Positions 1 through 8,877 of a stretch of 39,760 nt of DNA are shown piece by piece (positions within the stretch are counted from its first letter, which is position 1; each line of letters starts with the position of its first letter). Under the pieces are notes generated by a model, which ran no database searches, was not told the origin of the DNA, and saw only the letters and a program-made list of their open reading frames with translations. Location of the stretch: the NCBI GenBank assembly GCA_016650015.1, contig JAENWV010000002.1:1-39760 (forward strand), given 5' to 3'. Made by a program: the position numbers and the translations under genes. Source of the DNA: Thermoleophilia bacterium (GTDB taxonomy: Bacteria; Actinomycetota; Thermoleophilia; BMS3ABIN01).

Positions 1-169
1 GACCCTTCGATTTGGACATTGGCCCCATTCTTCACTAACATCTATGTTTCACGTCTGATCAGCGTTGGTTTCGACTACTGTTCAGACTGCTGAAATTCGT
101 TTGGACTTTTATGATTTTCGGGCCTCAACATGACGCCCATCCCTGTAAACCAGCGACAACCGGAGACAC

Positions 170-1627
170 ATGGCTGACATTAAAACTACCGTCAACGACC
201 TCGAAGGCGACCAGGTGGAACTCACGGTCGAAGTTCCCGCGGATGGGGTCAAGGCAGAGGTCAACAAGGCCATTAAAAAGCTGGCTAAGGACGTGAAGAT
301 GCCGGGCTTCAGGCCGGGAAAAGTACCGCGGCCGGTACTCATCTCCCATTTCGGCATCGAGGCGATCCACGCTCACGCCCTTGAAGACGCCCTCCCCGGC
401 TGGTACACGGCAGCGGTCGAGCAGTCCGGCATCAAGGCTGTGGACAAGCCCGAGATCGATTTCGAGCAGATCGAGGACGAGGAAAAACCCTACAGCTTCA
501 AGGCGAAGGTCCAGGTCATGCCCAAGGCGAAGCTCGGTAATTATACCGGCCTGGAAGTGGAGAAGGAGATCGCCGAACTCGAGGATGGGGAGGTCGACGA
601 GGAGATCAACCGCCTGCGGAAGCGGATGGCCAAGCTCGAGCCGATCGAGGGCCGGGCCGCCGCCGAAGGCGACTTCACCCTGGTCGATTTCACCGGTTAC
701 ATCGAAGGCGAGCCCCTGGAGGGCGGCGCCGGCAAGGATTACATGCTGGAGCTGGGCAGCGGGCAGTTCATCCCCGGTTTCGAGGAGCAGATTGCAGGAA
801 TGGAGAAAGGCCAGTCGAAAAAGCTTAAGCTGACTTTCCCGGAGACTTACAAGCCGGAGGAACTCGCCGGCAAGGAGGTCGAGTTTGACGTAATCGTCAA
901 GGAGATCAAGGAGCGGGTGCTACCCGAGGCCAACGATGAGTTCGCCGCCGAGAACAGCGAGTTCGATACGATCGACGAGCTGCGCGCTGATATCGAGGGG
1001 CGTATCCTCAAGAGCCGCGAGGCTTCCGCCGAGAGCGCATTCCAGGCGAGGGTGCTCGCTAAGGTGTTGGAGGACGTGGAGCTTGTCCTGCCGGAGCCGA
1101 TGATCGTCAGCCGGGCGTCGCAGATCGAGTACGAGTTCATCTACTCCATGGAGGCCCAGGGCGCTTCGGTAAAGGATTACATGGAGCAGTCGGACGAGCA
1201 GAGGCAGGCTTTCAGCAAGCACTTTTACAAGCAGGCTGAAGCGGTGCTCAGGCAGGAGATGGTCCTGGAGGCGATTGCCGAGGCCGAGGGGCTCGAGGTG
1301 ACCGACGAGGACTTTCTGGAGGAGGTCAATCGGGCGGCCGAATCAATGGGCAAGGACGTGGAGGAGCTCCTGGAGAAGACCCGCGAGCAGAAGCACGAGC
1401 AGGAGATCCGCGCTGACCTGCTCAGGAACAAGGCTTCGGAGCTCCTGGCGGAGAAGGCTGTGCCGGTCATGAAGACGGCGGCGGAAATCCGGGCCAGGGA
1501 CGAGGCTGAAGCCGCATCAGCGGTAGCTGAATCAGAAAATGAATCAGAAACTGAATCAGAAGCGAAGATCGAAGCGGAGAAGAAGGAAGCTGATACAGAA
1601 GAAGGGCAGGAAGAAGCTGAAGCATGA
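170..1627 (+). CDS. tig: Trigger factor (ribosome-associated chaperone/PPIase) with acidic C-terminal tail
   Basis: 485-aa ORF with the ribosome-binding GFRPGKVP motif near the N-terminus and an FKBP-like middle ([14 protein letters not shown]...[14 protein letters not shown]). It lies directly upstream of clpP-clpX, the classical arrangement. GGAGA sits just before the ATG. Confidence 0.93.
   Translation: MADIKTTVNDLEGDQVELTVEVPADGVKAEVNKAIKKLAKDVKMPGFRPGKVPRPVLISHFGIEAIHAHALEDALPGWYTAAVEQSGIKAVDKPEIDFEQIEDEEKPYSFKAKVQVMPKAKLGNYTGLEVEKEIAELEDGEVDEEINRLRKRMAKLEPIEGRAAAEGDFTLVDFTGYIEGEPLEGGAGKDYMLELGSGQFIPGFEEQIAGMEKGQSKKLKLTFPETYKPEELAGKEVEFDVIVKEIKERVLPEANDEFAAENSEFDTIDELRADIEGRILKSREASAESAFQARVLAKVLEDVELVLPEPMIVSRASQIEYEFIYSMEAQGASVKDYMEQSDEQRQAFSKHFYKQAEAVLRQEMVLEAIAEAEGLEVTDEDFLEEVNRAAESMGKDVEELLEKTREQKHEQEIRADLLRNKASELLAEKAVPVMKTAAEIRARDEAEAASAVAESENESETESEAKIEAEKKEADTEEGQEEAEA
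1529..1564. repeat. 3 x 12-nt tandem repeat (GAATCAGAAANN) inside the tig 3' end, encoding [12 protein letters not shown]
   Basis: Read directly: gaatcagaaaat / gaatcagaaact / gaatcagaagcg at 1529-1540, 1541-1552 and 1553-1564. Confidence 0.8.
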
Positions 1628-1664
1628 TAAACGACAATTCGAACTTTCAGGGGTGCGTGATCAA

Positions 1665-2264
1665 ATGCCACTAATTCCCATGGTAATCGAGCAGACCAGT
1701 CGCGGCGAGCGGGCCTTCGACATTTTTTCCAGGCTGCTCAATGAGCGCATCATCTTTCTCGGCAGCGGCATCAACGAGGAAGTGGCCAACGTGGTCGTCG
1801 CCCAGATGTTGCACCTGGAATCCGACGACCCGGACAAGGACATCAACCTTTACGTCAACTCTCCGGGCGGCTCCGTATATGCCGGTCTGGCCATCTATGA
1901 TACAATGCAGTTTATCAAGCCGGATGTTGTAACGACCTGCGTGGGGATTGCCATGAGCATGGGCGCACTGATACTCGCGGGAGGCGCTAAGGGAAAGCGA
2001 TTCGCATTGCCGAATGCCAAGATTCTCATCCACCAGCTATCCGGCGGTTTCCAGGGGCCGGCAGCGGATATCGAAATCCACGCCAGGGAAGCGCTTGATC
2101 TCCGCAAGCATCTCGACGAAATCCTCGCCTTCCACACCGGTCAGTCCTTCGAAAAAGTATCCCAGGACACCGATCGCGACTATTTCATGACGGCCGAGGA
2201 GTGCAAAGCCTACGGTATCATCGACGAAGTTCTCGCTCACCGCTCTACCTCCAAGGGGGAATAA
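1665..2264 (+). CDS. clpP: ATP-dependent Clp protease proteolytic subunit
   Basis: The ATG at 1665 gives [33 protein letters not shown], a canonical ClpP N-terminus. Catalytic contexts GIAMSMGA (Ser), IHQLSGG (His) and DTDRD (Asp) are present. The 1539 start in the ORF track overlaps tig and adds only K/R-rich out-of-context sequence. Confidence 0.95.
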   Translation: MPLIPMVIEQTSRGERAFDIFSRLLNERIIFLGSGINEEVANVVVAQMLHLESDDPDKDINLYVNSPGGSVYAGLAIYDTMQFIKPDVVTTCVGIAMSMGALILAGGAKGKRFALPNAKILIHQLSGGFQGPAADIEIHAREALDLRKHLDEILAFHTGQSFEKVSQDTDRDYFMTAEECKAYGIIDEVLAHRSTSKGE

Positions 2265-2270
2265 CGGACC

Positions 2271-3542
2271 ATGGCTCGATCGACTGACGGCAACGAACAA
2301 CTCCTCTGCAGCTTCTGCGGCAAGTCCCAGCGGCAGGTAAAAAAACTGATCGCCGGACCTGGCGTTTATATCTGCGATGAATGCATCGACCTCTGCAACG
2401 AGATCATCGATGAGGAGCTGACCGCGCCGGTCAGTCTCGACCTGGAGCATCTGCCCAAGCCGACAGACATCTACGAGGCTCTGAACGAGTACGTCGTCGG
2501 CCAGGAAGAGGCCAAGCGCACCCTCGCGGTTGCCGTCTACAACCATTACAAGCGCGTGCAGATGGCCTCGCTGGATGACAACGAGGTCGAGCTGCAGAAA
2601 TCGAATATTCTTTTGCTTGGTCCGACCGGCTGCGGCAAGACGCTGCTGGCCCAGACTCTCGCCCGCTTCCTCAATGTGCCCTTCGCCATAGCCGATGCCA
2701 CGGCGCTGACCGAGGCCGGTTACGTGGGCGAAGATGTCGAGAACATCCTGCTGAAGCTGATCCAGGCGGCTGATTACGATGTGAAGAAGGCCGAGACCGG
2801 CATCATCTACATCGACGAGGTCGACAAGATTGCCCGCCGGGCGGACAATCCCTCGATCACCCGGGACGTATCCGGCGAGGGCGTGCAGCAGGCGCTGTTG
2901 AAGATCCTCGAGGGTACGGTGGCCAGCGTTCCGCCCCAGGGTGGCCGCAAGCACCCGCACCAGGAGTTTCTCAATATCGATACCACCAACATCCTCTTTG
3001 TCTGCGGGGGCGCTTTCGCCCATCTGGACAAGATCATCGAGCGGCGCGTCGGCCACAAGGGCATGGGCTTTGGCGCGGTGGTCAAGGGCAAGGCCGAGAA
3101 GAACGTGGGCAGCATCTTCGCCAAGGTCATGCCGGAGGATCTGCTGGAATACGGGCTGATTCCCGAGTTCATCGGGCGGCTGCCGGTAATCAGCGCCATC
3201 CATAACCTTTCCCGCGACGACCTGGTGCGTATTCTGACCACGCCCAAGAACGCTTTGGTCAAGCAGTACGAGAGGTTCTTCAAATTTGATAATATAGAGC
3301 TGGTCTTCGGGCCGGATTCCCTGGTCGCCATCGCCGACAAGGCACTGAAGCTGGAAACAGGGGCCCGGGGCCTGCGCTCTATCATCGAGCAGTCCCTGCT
3401 AAACGTTATGTTTGAGCTTCCCTCGCGCGGCGACGTGCGAAAGTGTGTGGTCACCAAGGAGACGATCGAACGAGATATCGACCCGACCCTGGTTACGGAA
3501 GCGGAAAGAATATTGCCACAACTTGACGAAGAGTCAGCCTAA
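2271..3542 (+). CDS. clpX: ATP-dependent Clp protease ATP-binding subunit ClpX
   Basis: N-terminal C4 zinc finger (CSFCGK...CDECIDLC), Walker A GPTGCGKT, Walker [10 protein letters not shown]. It starts 7 nt after clpP. Confidence 0.97.
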   Translation: MARSTDGNEQLLCSFCGKSQRQVKKLIAGPGVYICDECIDLCNEIIDEELTAPVSLDLEHLPKPTDIYEALNEYVVGQEEAKRTLAVAVYNHYKRVQMASLDDNEVELQKSNILLLGPTGCGKTLLAQTLARFLNVPFAIADATALTEAGYVGEDVENILLKLIQAADYDVKKAETGIIYIDEVDKIARRADNPSITRDVSGEGVQQALLKILEGTVASVPPQGGRKHPHQEFLNIDTTNILFVCGGAFAHLDKIIERRVGHKGMGFGAVVKGKAEKNVGSIFAKVMPEDLLEYGLIPEFIGRLPVISAIHNLSRDDLVRILTTPKNALVKQYERFFKFDNIELVFGPDSLVAIADKALKLETGARGLRSIIEQSLLNVMFELPSRGDVRKCVVTKETIERDIDPTLVTEAERILPQLDEESA

Positions 3543-5904
3543 ACCAGACAAGTCCCTACCGCTTCTTCCAACCAGAGAACTTGTAGTTTTTCCCCGCATG
3601 GTCGCGCCCATCTTCGTGGGCCGCGAGAAGTCGATCAAGGCGCTGGAACGCGCTTTCGAGGACAAGTCACCGATCATCCTCTCCACCCAGAAGGAGCCCG
3701 AGGTGGAGGATCCGACCAGCGACGACATCGTCCGGATCGGCACCATGGCCACCGTGGTGCAGCTCTACCGCTTGCCTGATGGCTCCATCAAGGCGCTGGT
3801 CGAGGGACAGCAGCGGGTCAAGATCAACAAATTCACCGCCACTTCGCCACACTTCCAGGTGAACTTTTCCCTGATGGCCGGTGATATCGGCGAACCCAGC
3901 GAGCGGGTCAGCGCGCTGGCGCGGGTGGTCATGCGCGAGTTTGTCCGCTACGTGGAATCCAATCCTGCCATGCCGGACGAGATCGGCCAGATTGTCACCG
4001 CCGTCGCCGATCCGGACGAGTTGGCCGATGCCGTGTCAGCCCACATGATGATCCCCTTCGAGCAGAAACAGCTGCTGCTGGAGATGGGGGACAGCGAGAA
4101 ACGGCTCAACGAGGTGCTGGGTATACTGGTGGAGGAGAATGCCGTTCTCGACATGGAGCGTGACCTCAACCAGAAAGTCCAGGACAAGATCGAGGCCACC
4201 CAGAGGCAGATCTTTCTGCATGAAAAACTCAAGGTGATCCGCGAAGAGCTGGACCACGCTCCCGAGTCGGAGGATGAGTCGGTCCAGGATTATCTGAAGC
4301 TGCTGGCAGAGAAGCAGATGAGCCCGGCGGCGGCCGAGGTGGTGCGCAAGGAGATCGGCAAGCTGAAGTCGGCTTCGCCCTACTCGGCGGAGGTTTCGGT
4401 CATCCGCAACTATCTGGACAATGTCTTTGCCCTGCCCTGGGGCGAGCTGGCGGAAAAGAGCGATTACGAGCTGGCCAAAGTCGGGCGTCACCTGGACCGC
4501 AGCCATTATGGCCTGAAGAAGGTCAAGGAAAGGGTGCTCGAGTTTCTGGCGGTCGGCAAGCTGCTGGGGAAGGACCAGCCCAACACGACCCTCTGCTTCG
4601 TCGGCCCGCCGGGAGTGGGCAAGAGCTCGGTGGCGAAAGCCATCGCTGACGCCCTTGACCGGCCCTTCGTCCGCATCTCCCTGGGCGGCGTTCGCGACGA
4701 GGCCGAGATCCGTGGCCACCGGCGCACTTATGTCGGCGCCATGCCCGGCCGGATCATCGATGCCATCACCAAGGCCAAGGTCGACAACGCGGTGGTCCTG
4801 CTGGACGAGATCGACAAGATGGATTCCGACTTTCGCGGAAATCCGGCGGCGGCGCTGATGGAGGTGCTCGATCCCTTGCAGAACAAGGAGTTTCGCGACA
4901 ACTACCTGGAGCTGGACTACGATCTGTCAAAAATTTTATTCCTGGCGACCGCCAATTATGACGACGGCATCCCGGCGACGCTTTACGATCGGCTGGAAAC
5001 GATCCAGCTCTCCGGCTACACCTTCGAGGAGAAGGAGCAGATCGCCAAACGGCACCTGCTGCCGAAGATCGCGAAGGAAACGGGGCTGAAGAAGGGCGAG
5101 CTCGTCTTCTCGCCGGCGGCTCTAAAGGCAGTCATCCGTTTTTACACGCGCGAGTCCGGAGTGCGGGACCTGGAACGCGCCCTGAGAAAGATCTACCGCA
5201 AGGTGGCGCGGGCTTACCTGGAAAAGGGCATGAAGCTGCCGTTGCGGGTTTCAGCTACCAGCCTCGAGGGATATCTCGGCCCGGCGCCCTTCAGTGAGGA
5301 GCGGCTGGAGCGGCGGGCGCTCTGCGGCGCCAGTCTCGGCCTGGCCTATACATCCGACGGCGGCGATGTGCTCACCATCGAGACTTCAATATCCACGGGC
5401 AAGGGCGACCTGATTCTGACCGGTCAGCTCGGCGAGGTCATGCAGGAATCGGCCTCGACCGCTTATGGCTATCTGCTCTCGAAGATCGAGACCGACAAGA
5501 GATTTCGCGAGCTGTTCAGGAAGAACGCCCCCGCCTTCGACCATGAGGGCAACTGGGGCATGGCCAACAAGGATCTGCGGCTGCACGTGCCCGAGGGCGG
5601 CATTCCCAAGGACGGCCCCTCGGCGGGCGTGGCGCTGGCGGCCTCGATGCTCTCGGCTCTGTCCGGACGGGCTACGCGTCCGGCGATCGCCTCCACGGGC
5701 GAGATCACCCTGCGAGGCAAGGTGCTGAGGATCGGCGGCCTGCGGGAAAAGTGCCTGGCGGCGGAGAGGCTGGGCGTAAAGACTGTGATCCTTCCCAAGT
5801 CCAATCAGCCGGACATCAAGGAACTTCCCCCGAAGATTCGCAAGGCTCTAAAGTTCGTCTACGTGGATGATTTCAGCCAGGTCATCAAACACCTGTTCGT
5901 CTGA
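3523..5904 (+). CDS. lon: Lon protease (LonA type); start uncertain, TTG at 3523 proposed
   Basis: N-domain [26 protein letters not shown], Walker [10 protein letters not shown], Walker [10 protein letters not shown], protease serine context [10 protein letters not shown]. The ATG at 3412 lies 130 nt inside clpX. The in-frame TTG at 3523 leaves about 11 aa before the conserved LPLLP motif, as in characterised Lon proteins. No in-frame ATG is available without deleting that motif. Confidence 0.92.
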   Translation: MTKSQPKPDKSLPLLPTRELVVFPRMVAPIFVGREKSIKALERAFEDKSPIILSTQKEPEVEDPTSDDIVRIGTMATVVQLYRLPDGSIKALVEGQQRVKINKFTATSPHFQVNFSLMAGDIGEPSERVSALARVVMREFVRYVESNPAMPDEIGQIVTAVADPDELADAVSAHMMIPFEQKQLLLEMGDSEKRLNEVLGILVEENAVLDMERDLNQKVQDKIEATQRQIFLHEKLKVIREELDHAPESEDESVQDYLKLLAEKQMSPAAAEVVRKEIGKLKSASPYSAEVSVIRNYLDNVFALPWGELAEKSDYELAKVGRHLDRSHYGLKKVKERVLEFLAVGKLLGKDQPNTTLCFVGPPGVGKSSVAKAIADALDRPFVRISLGGVRDEAEIRGHRRTYVGAMPGRIIDAITKAKVDNAVVLLDEIDKMDSDFRGNPAAALMEVLDPLQNKEFRDNYLELDYDLSKILFLATANYDDGIPATLYDRLETIQLSGYTFEEKEQIAKRHLLPKIAKETGLKKGELVFSPAALKAVIRFYTRESGVRDLERALRKIYRKVARAYLEKGMKLPLRVSATSLEGYLGPAPFSEERLERRALCGASLGLAYTSDGGDVLTIETSISTGKGDLILTGQLGEVMQESASTAYGYLLSKIETDKRFRELFRKNAPAFDHEGNWGMANKDLRLHVPEGGIPKDGPSAGVALAASMLSALSGRATRPAIASTGEITLRGKVLRIGGLREKCLAAERLGVKTVILPKSNQPDIKELPPKIRKALKFVYVDDFSQVIKHLFV

Positions 5905-5941
5905 CGGATAGACCACGCGATAGATAAATCTGCTGAAAAGC

Positions 5942-6118
5942 ATGGGGCTACTACTGCCGCCCGATCCTGCTGGAAGCCTGATTGATAAACTGGCCGCCCC
6001 GGCCTGGACGCTGTTGTTTTTCCCGGTATTCGTTCTGGTTTGCGTTCTGGTTGAAAAGGCCTTCGCTTTCTGGCGCCGGGAATTCATGAAGCAGTTTTTC
6101 CCTCAGGTCCGGGTCTGA
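5942..6118 (+). CDS. Candidate 58-aa small membrane protein (below the 60-aa ORF-track cutoff)
   Basis: Hand translation: MGLLLPPDPAGSLIDKLAAPAWTLLFFPVFVLVCVLVEKAFAFWRREFMKQFFPQVRV, with one clear hydrophobic helix followed by basic residues. There is no convincing SD. It lies in the 310-nt lon-valS gap. Confidence 0.2.
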   Translation: MGLLLPPDPAGSLIDKLAAPAWTLLFFPVFVLVCVLVEKAFAFWRREFMKQFFPQVRV

Positions 6119-6140
6119 TTGGCCGTTCGCCGCCCGTTCT

Positions 6141-6155
6141 TGTGATAGAATCACA
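6141..6155. promoter_or_regulatory. 15-bp palindrome TGTGATAGAATCACA overlapping an extended -10-like TGaTAGAAT, about 60 nt upstream of valS
   Basis: Read directly: TGTGAT/ATCACA are perfect reverse complements around AGA. TAGAAT (6146-6151) is preceded by TG at 6143-6144. Confidence 0.3.
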
Positions 6156-6214
6156 GCGCGGCGCCGTTCGCGGGCTCGTTTAGGCGGGTCTGCGGCGGGG
6201 CGGCATTTAATCAA

Positions 6215-8875
6215 ATGAACCAGGATATCCGCGAACAACTAAAGTCGAATACCCGCTACTCGCCGGCCGACATCGAGTCCAAGTGGATGGACAGCTGGCT
6301 GGAAGCGCAGCTTTTCACCCCCGAAGAAAGCTCGCGCAAGGATTCCTACAGCGTTGTCCTGCCGCCTCCGAACGTTACCGGCATGCTGCATATGGGCCAC
6401 GCGCTTAATTCCTCCATCCAGGATCTGCTCGTGCGGCTGGCGCGCATGCGCGGCAAAAACGCCCTCTGGGTCTGCGGTACCGACCACGCCGGCATCGCCA
6501 CCCAGAACCAGGTCGAGAAGCAGTTGGCCGGCGAGGGGCTGACCCGGCAGGAGATCGGCCGCGAAGAGTTCGAGCAGCGCGTCTGGAAATGGCGCGATCA
6601 GTACGGTTCCACCATCATCAACCAGCTCAAGCGCATGGGCTGCGCCCTTGATTACGAGGGAGAACGCTTCACCCTCGATGAAGGTTATGTCAAGGCGGTT
6701 TACCGTGTCTTCACTTCTCTCTATCAAAAAGGCTTCATCTATCGCGACGAGTACATGGTCAACTGGTGTACCCGTTGCCACACGGCGCTGTCCGATCTCG
6801 AGGTAGAGCACGAGGATCGGGACGACAAGCTGTACTACCTGCGCTATCCAATTGCCGGCGAGGACGAGTACCTGGTGATCGCCACGGCGCGGCCGGAGAC
6901 GATGCTGGGCGACACCGCCGTAGCGGTCAATCCCGGCGACGAGCGCTACGCCGGCTTTATTGGCAAGCGGATTGAGCTGCCGCTCACGGACCGGGAGATC
7001 CCGATCATCGGCGACGATTATGTGGATGTCAGCTTCGGGACCGGGGCGCTGAAAGTGACGCCCGCCCACGATCCCAACGACTTCGAACTGGGCAAAAAGC
7101 ACGAGCTCGATGAGATCAATGTTTTCAGTTCTGACGGTCGCATCAACCAGGCGGGAGGCGAGTTTGCCGGGCTGACGCTGGAGGAGGCGCGCGCCCAGAT
7201 CATGCATCGCCTGGAAAGCGACGGCCTGGTTGAGAAAGTTGAACCATACACTCACTCGGTAGGCGTCTGCTATCGCTGCGGCACGGCAATCGAGCCGTAT
7301 ATTTCGTTGCAGTGGTTCATGAGGATGGACGAGCTTGCCCGTCCGGCCATTAAGGTGGTCGAGGAGGGCAAGGTCAGGTTCTATCCGGAGCGCTGGAGTG
7401 GGGTCTACCTGGACTGGATGCGTTCCATCCGTCCCTGGTGCATATCCCGCCAGCTTTGGTGGGGGCATCGCCTGCCGGTCTGGTATTGTGAGGACTGCGA
7501 GGAGATCATGGTTGGCGAAGAGCCTCCTGCCACCTGTCCCCAGTGCGGCTCCTCGGAGCTCAGGCAGGAGGAGGACGTTCTGGACACCTGGTTCAGTTCG
7601 GCCCTCTGGCCGTTTGCTACTCTCGGCTGGCCCGAGACGACCGATCGTCTGGAGAAGTTTTATCCCACCGACGCGCTGGTTACCGCGCGTGACATCATCT
7701 TCCTCTGGGTGGCGCGGATGATCATGATGGGCCTGGAGTTCCCCGGGGATATCCCCTATAGCAACGTCATCATCAACCCCACCATCATGGCCAAGGACGG
7801 CCGCCGCATGAGCAAGTCGCTGGGAACCGGCATCGACCCGCTGGAGCTGATCGAAACCTACGGCGCCGACCCGACGCGGTTCGGCCTGCTCAACATGGCC
7901 AGCGCCCAGGACGTGCGTTTCGCCGACGAGCGCATCGAGATGAGCCGCAACTTCTGCAACAAGATTTTCAACGCGGCGCGGTTTGTGCTGCTGGGTGTGG
8001 CCGAGGTTGAGCCGGCAGTGTCGACGGCGACCCTGGCCGACCGCTGGATCGAGAGCCGCCTGCAGGCGACTGTGGCCGAAGTCAACCAGCTGCTGGACAG
8101 CTATGAATTCTCGGAAGCCACGCGCCTGCTCTACCGTTTCGTCTGGAACGAGTTTTGCGACTGGTATGTGGAGATCGCCAAGATGCGCCTTTACGGAGAT
8201 GATGAAGGCGAAAAACGGGAGGTTTCCGCCCACCTGCTGCACCTGCTGGATGCCATTCTCCGGCTGCTGCACCCGTTCATGCCCTTCCTCACCGAGGAGC
8301 TGGCGGCCCTGACGCCCGGGCGGGAGGGCTACCTGATTCAGGCGGAATACCCCCGCGCTGACGAATCAGCGCGGGATCTACAGGCTGAAAAGGACATGGA
8401 AGAGCTGATGGAGACGATCACGGCGATCAGAACCCTGCGTAACGAACTGGGAGTGTCGCCGAAGAAAGAGGCTCACGCGGTACTGGTCTCCGCGGACGAG
8501 AAAGTCAGGAATGTGGTGCAATTCAACGCATCTCTGATAGAATCGCTTTCGAAGACAGTGCTGGTGGAGTGCGTGGCCGAGGAGAGCCAGGCCAGCGCTG
8601 CCGGCGAGCAGTCCGCTGTGGCGCTGATTCCCGGCGGCAAGCTGCTCGTGCCGCTGGCGGAACTTATCGATCTAGAAGCCGAAAAAGCGCGGCTGTCGGC
8701 CTCCATATCCAGGAAAAAGCAGGAACTTTCGCGAGCAGAGGGAAAACTTGCCAACGAAAGCTTTGTCACCAAGGCTCCAGCGGAACTTGTAGAAAATGAG
8801 CGCGCAAAGCTGGAACAGCACGGCCGCGAGCTGGCCGAGCTGGAACAGGAATTCAACCGCTATTTTGGTGAATAA
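6215..8875 (+). CDS. valS: Valine--tRNA ligase
   Basis: 886 aa. Class I HIGH-type motif (PPNVTGMLHMGHALN), KMSKS motif (RMSKSLG), editing-domain-sized insertion and C-terminal coiled coil (EAEKARL...ERAKLEQH). It is followed by folC, as in many Gram-positives. Confidence 0.97.
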   Translation: MNQDIREQLKSNTRYSPADIESKWMDSWLEAQLFTPEESSRKDSYSVVLPPPNVTGMLHMGHALNSSIQDLLVRLARMRGKNALWVCGTDHAGIATQNQVEKQLAGEGLTRQEIGREEFEQRVWKWRDQYGSTIINQLKRMGCALDYEGERFTLDEGYVKAVYRVFTSLYQKGFIYRDEYMVNWCTRCHTALSDLEVEHEDRDDKLYYLRYPIAGEDEYLVIATARPETMLGDTAVAVNPGDERYAGFIGKRIELPLTDREIPIIGDDYVDVSFGTGALKVTPAHDPNDFELGKKHELDEINVFSSDGRINQAGGEFAGLTLEEARAQIMHRLESDGLVEKVEPYTHSVGVCYRCGTAIEPYISLQWFMRMDELARPAIKVVEEGKVRFYPERWSGVYLDWMRSIRPWCISRQLWWGHRLPVWYCEDCEEIMVGEEPPATCPQCGSSELRQEEDVLDTWFSSALWPFATLGWPETTDRLEKFYPTDALVTARDIIFLWVARMIMMGLEFPGDIPYSNVIINPTIMAKDGRRMSKSLGTGIDPLELIETYGADPTRFGLLNMASAQDVRFADERIEMSRNFCNKIFNAARFVLLGVAEVEPAVSTATLADRWIESRLQATVAEVNQLLDSYEFSEATRLLYRFVWNEFCDWYVEIAKMRLYGDDEGEKREVSAHLLHLLDAILRLLHPFMPFLTEELAALTPGREGYLIQAEYPRADESARDLQAEKDMEELMETITAIRTLRNELGVSPKKEAHAVLVSADEKVRNVVQFNASLIESLSKTVLVECVAEESQASAAGEQSAVALIPGGKLLVPLAELIDLEAEKARLSASISRKKQELSRAEGKLANESFVTKAPAELVENERAKLEQHGRELAELEQEFNRYFGE

Positions 8876-8877
8876 GG

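Noticed and set aside
1539-1664. Upstream extensions of clpP (1539), lon (3412) and smc (35064) as given by the ORF track.
   Set aside because: Each extension overlaps the preceding gene and encodes Arg/Lys-rich sequence unrelated to the family. Each ignores an internal start that reproduces the canonical N-terminus, with an SD for smc.
2037-3203. Long minus-strand ORFs antisense to real genes. This one (388 aa) is opposite clpX. Others are 6239-8272 (677 aa, valS), 15781-17391 (536 aa, PBP2), 18596-19906 (436 aa), 20093-20848, 31474-32544 (356 aa, GT) and 36174-37244 (356 aa, smc).
   Set aside because: These are typical shadow ORFs of GC-rich DNA. They have Arg/Gly/Ala/Leu/Pro-rich, motif-free translations and lie fully inside + strand genes with unmistakable family motifs. 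They have no SDs.
5905-6214. Possible T-box riboswitch leader upstream of valS.
   Set aside because: I found no T-box consensus (GGGTGGTACCGCG-like) and no specifier or terminator-antiterminator architecture in the gap.
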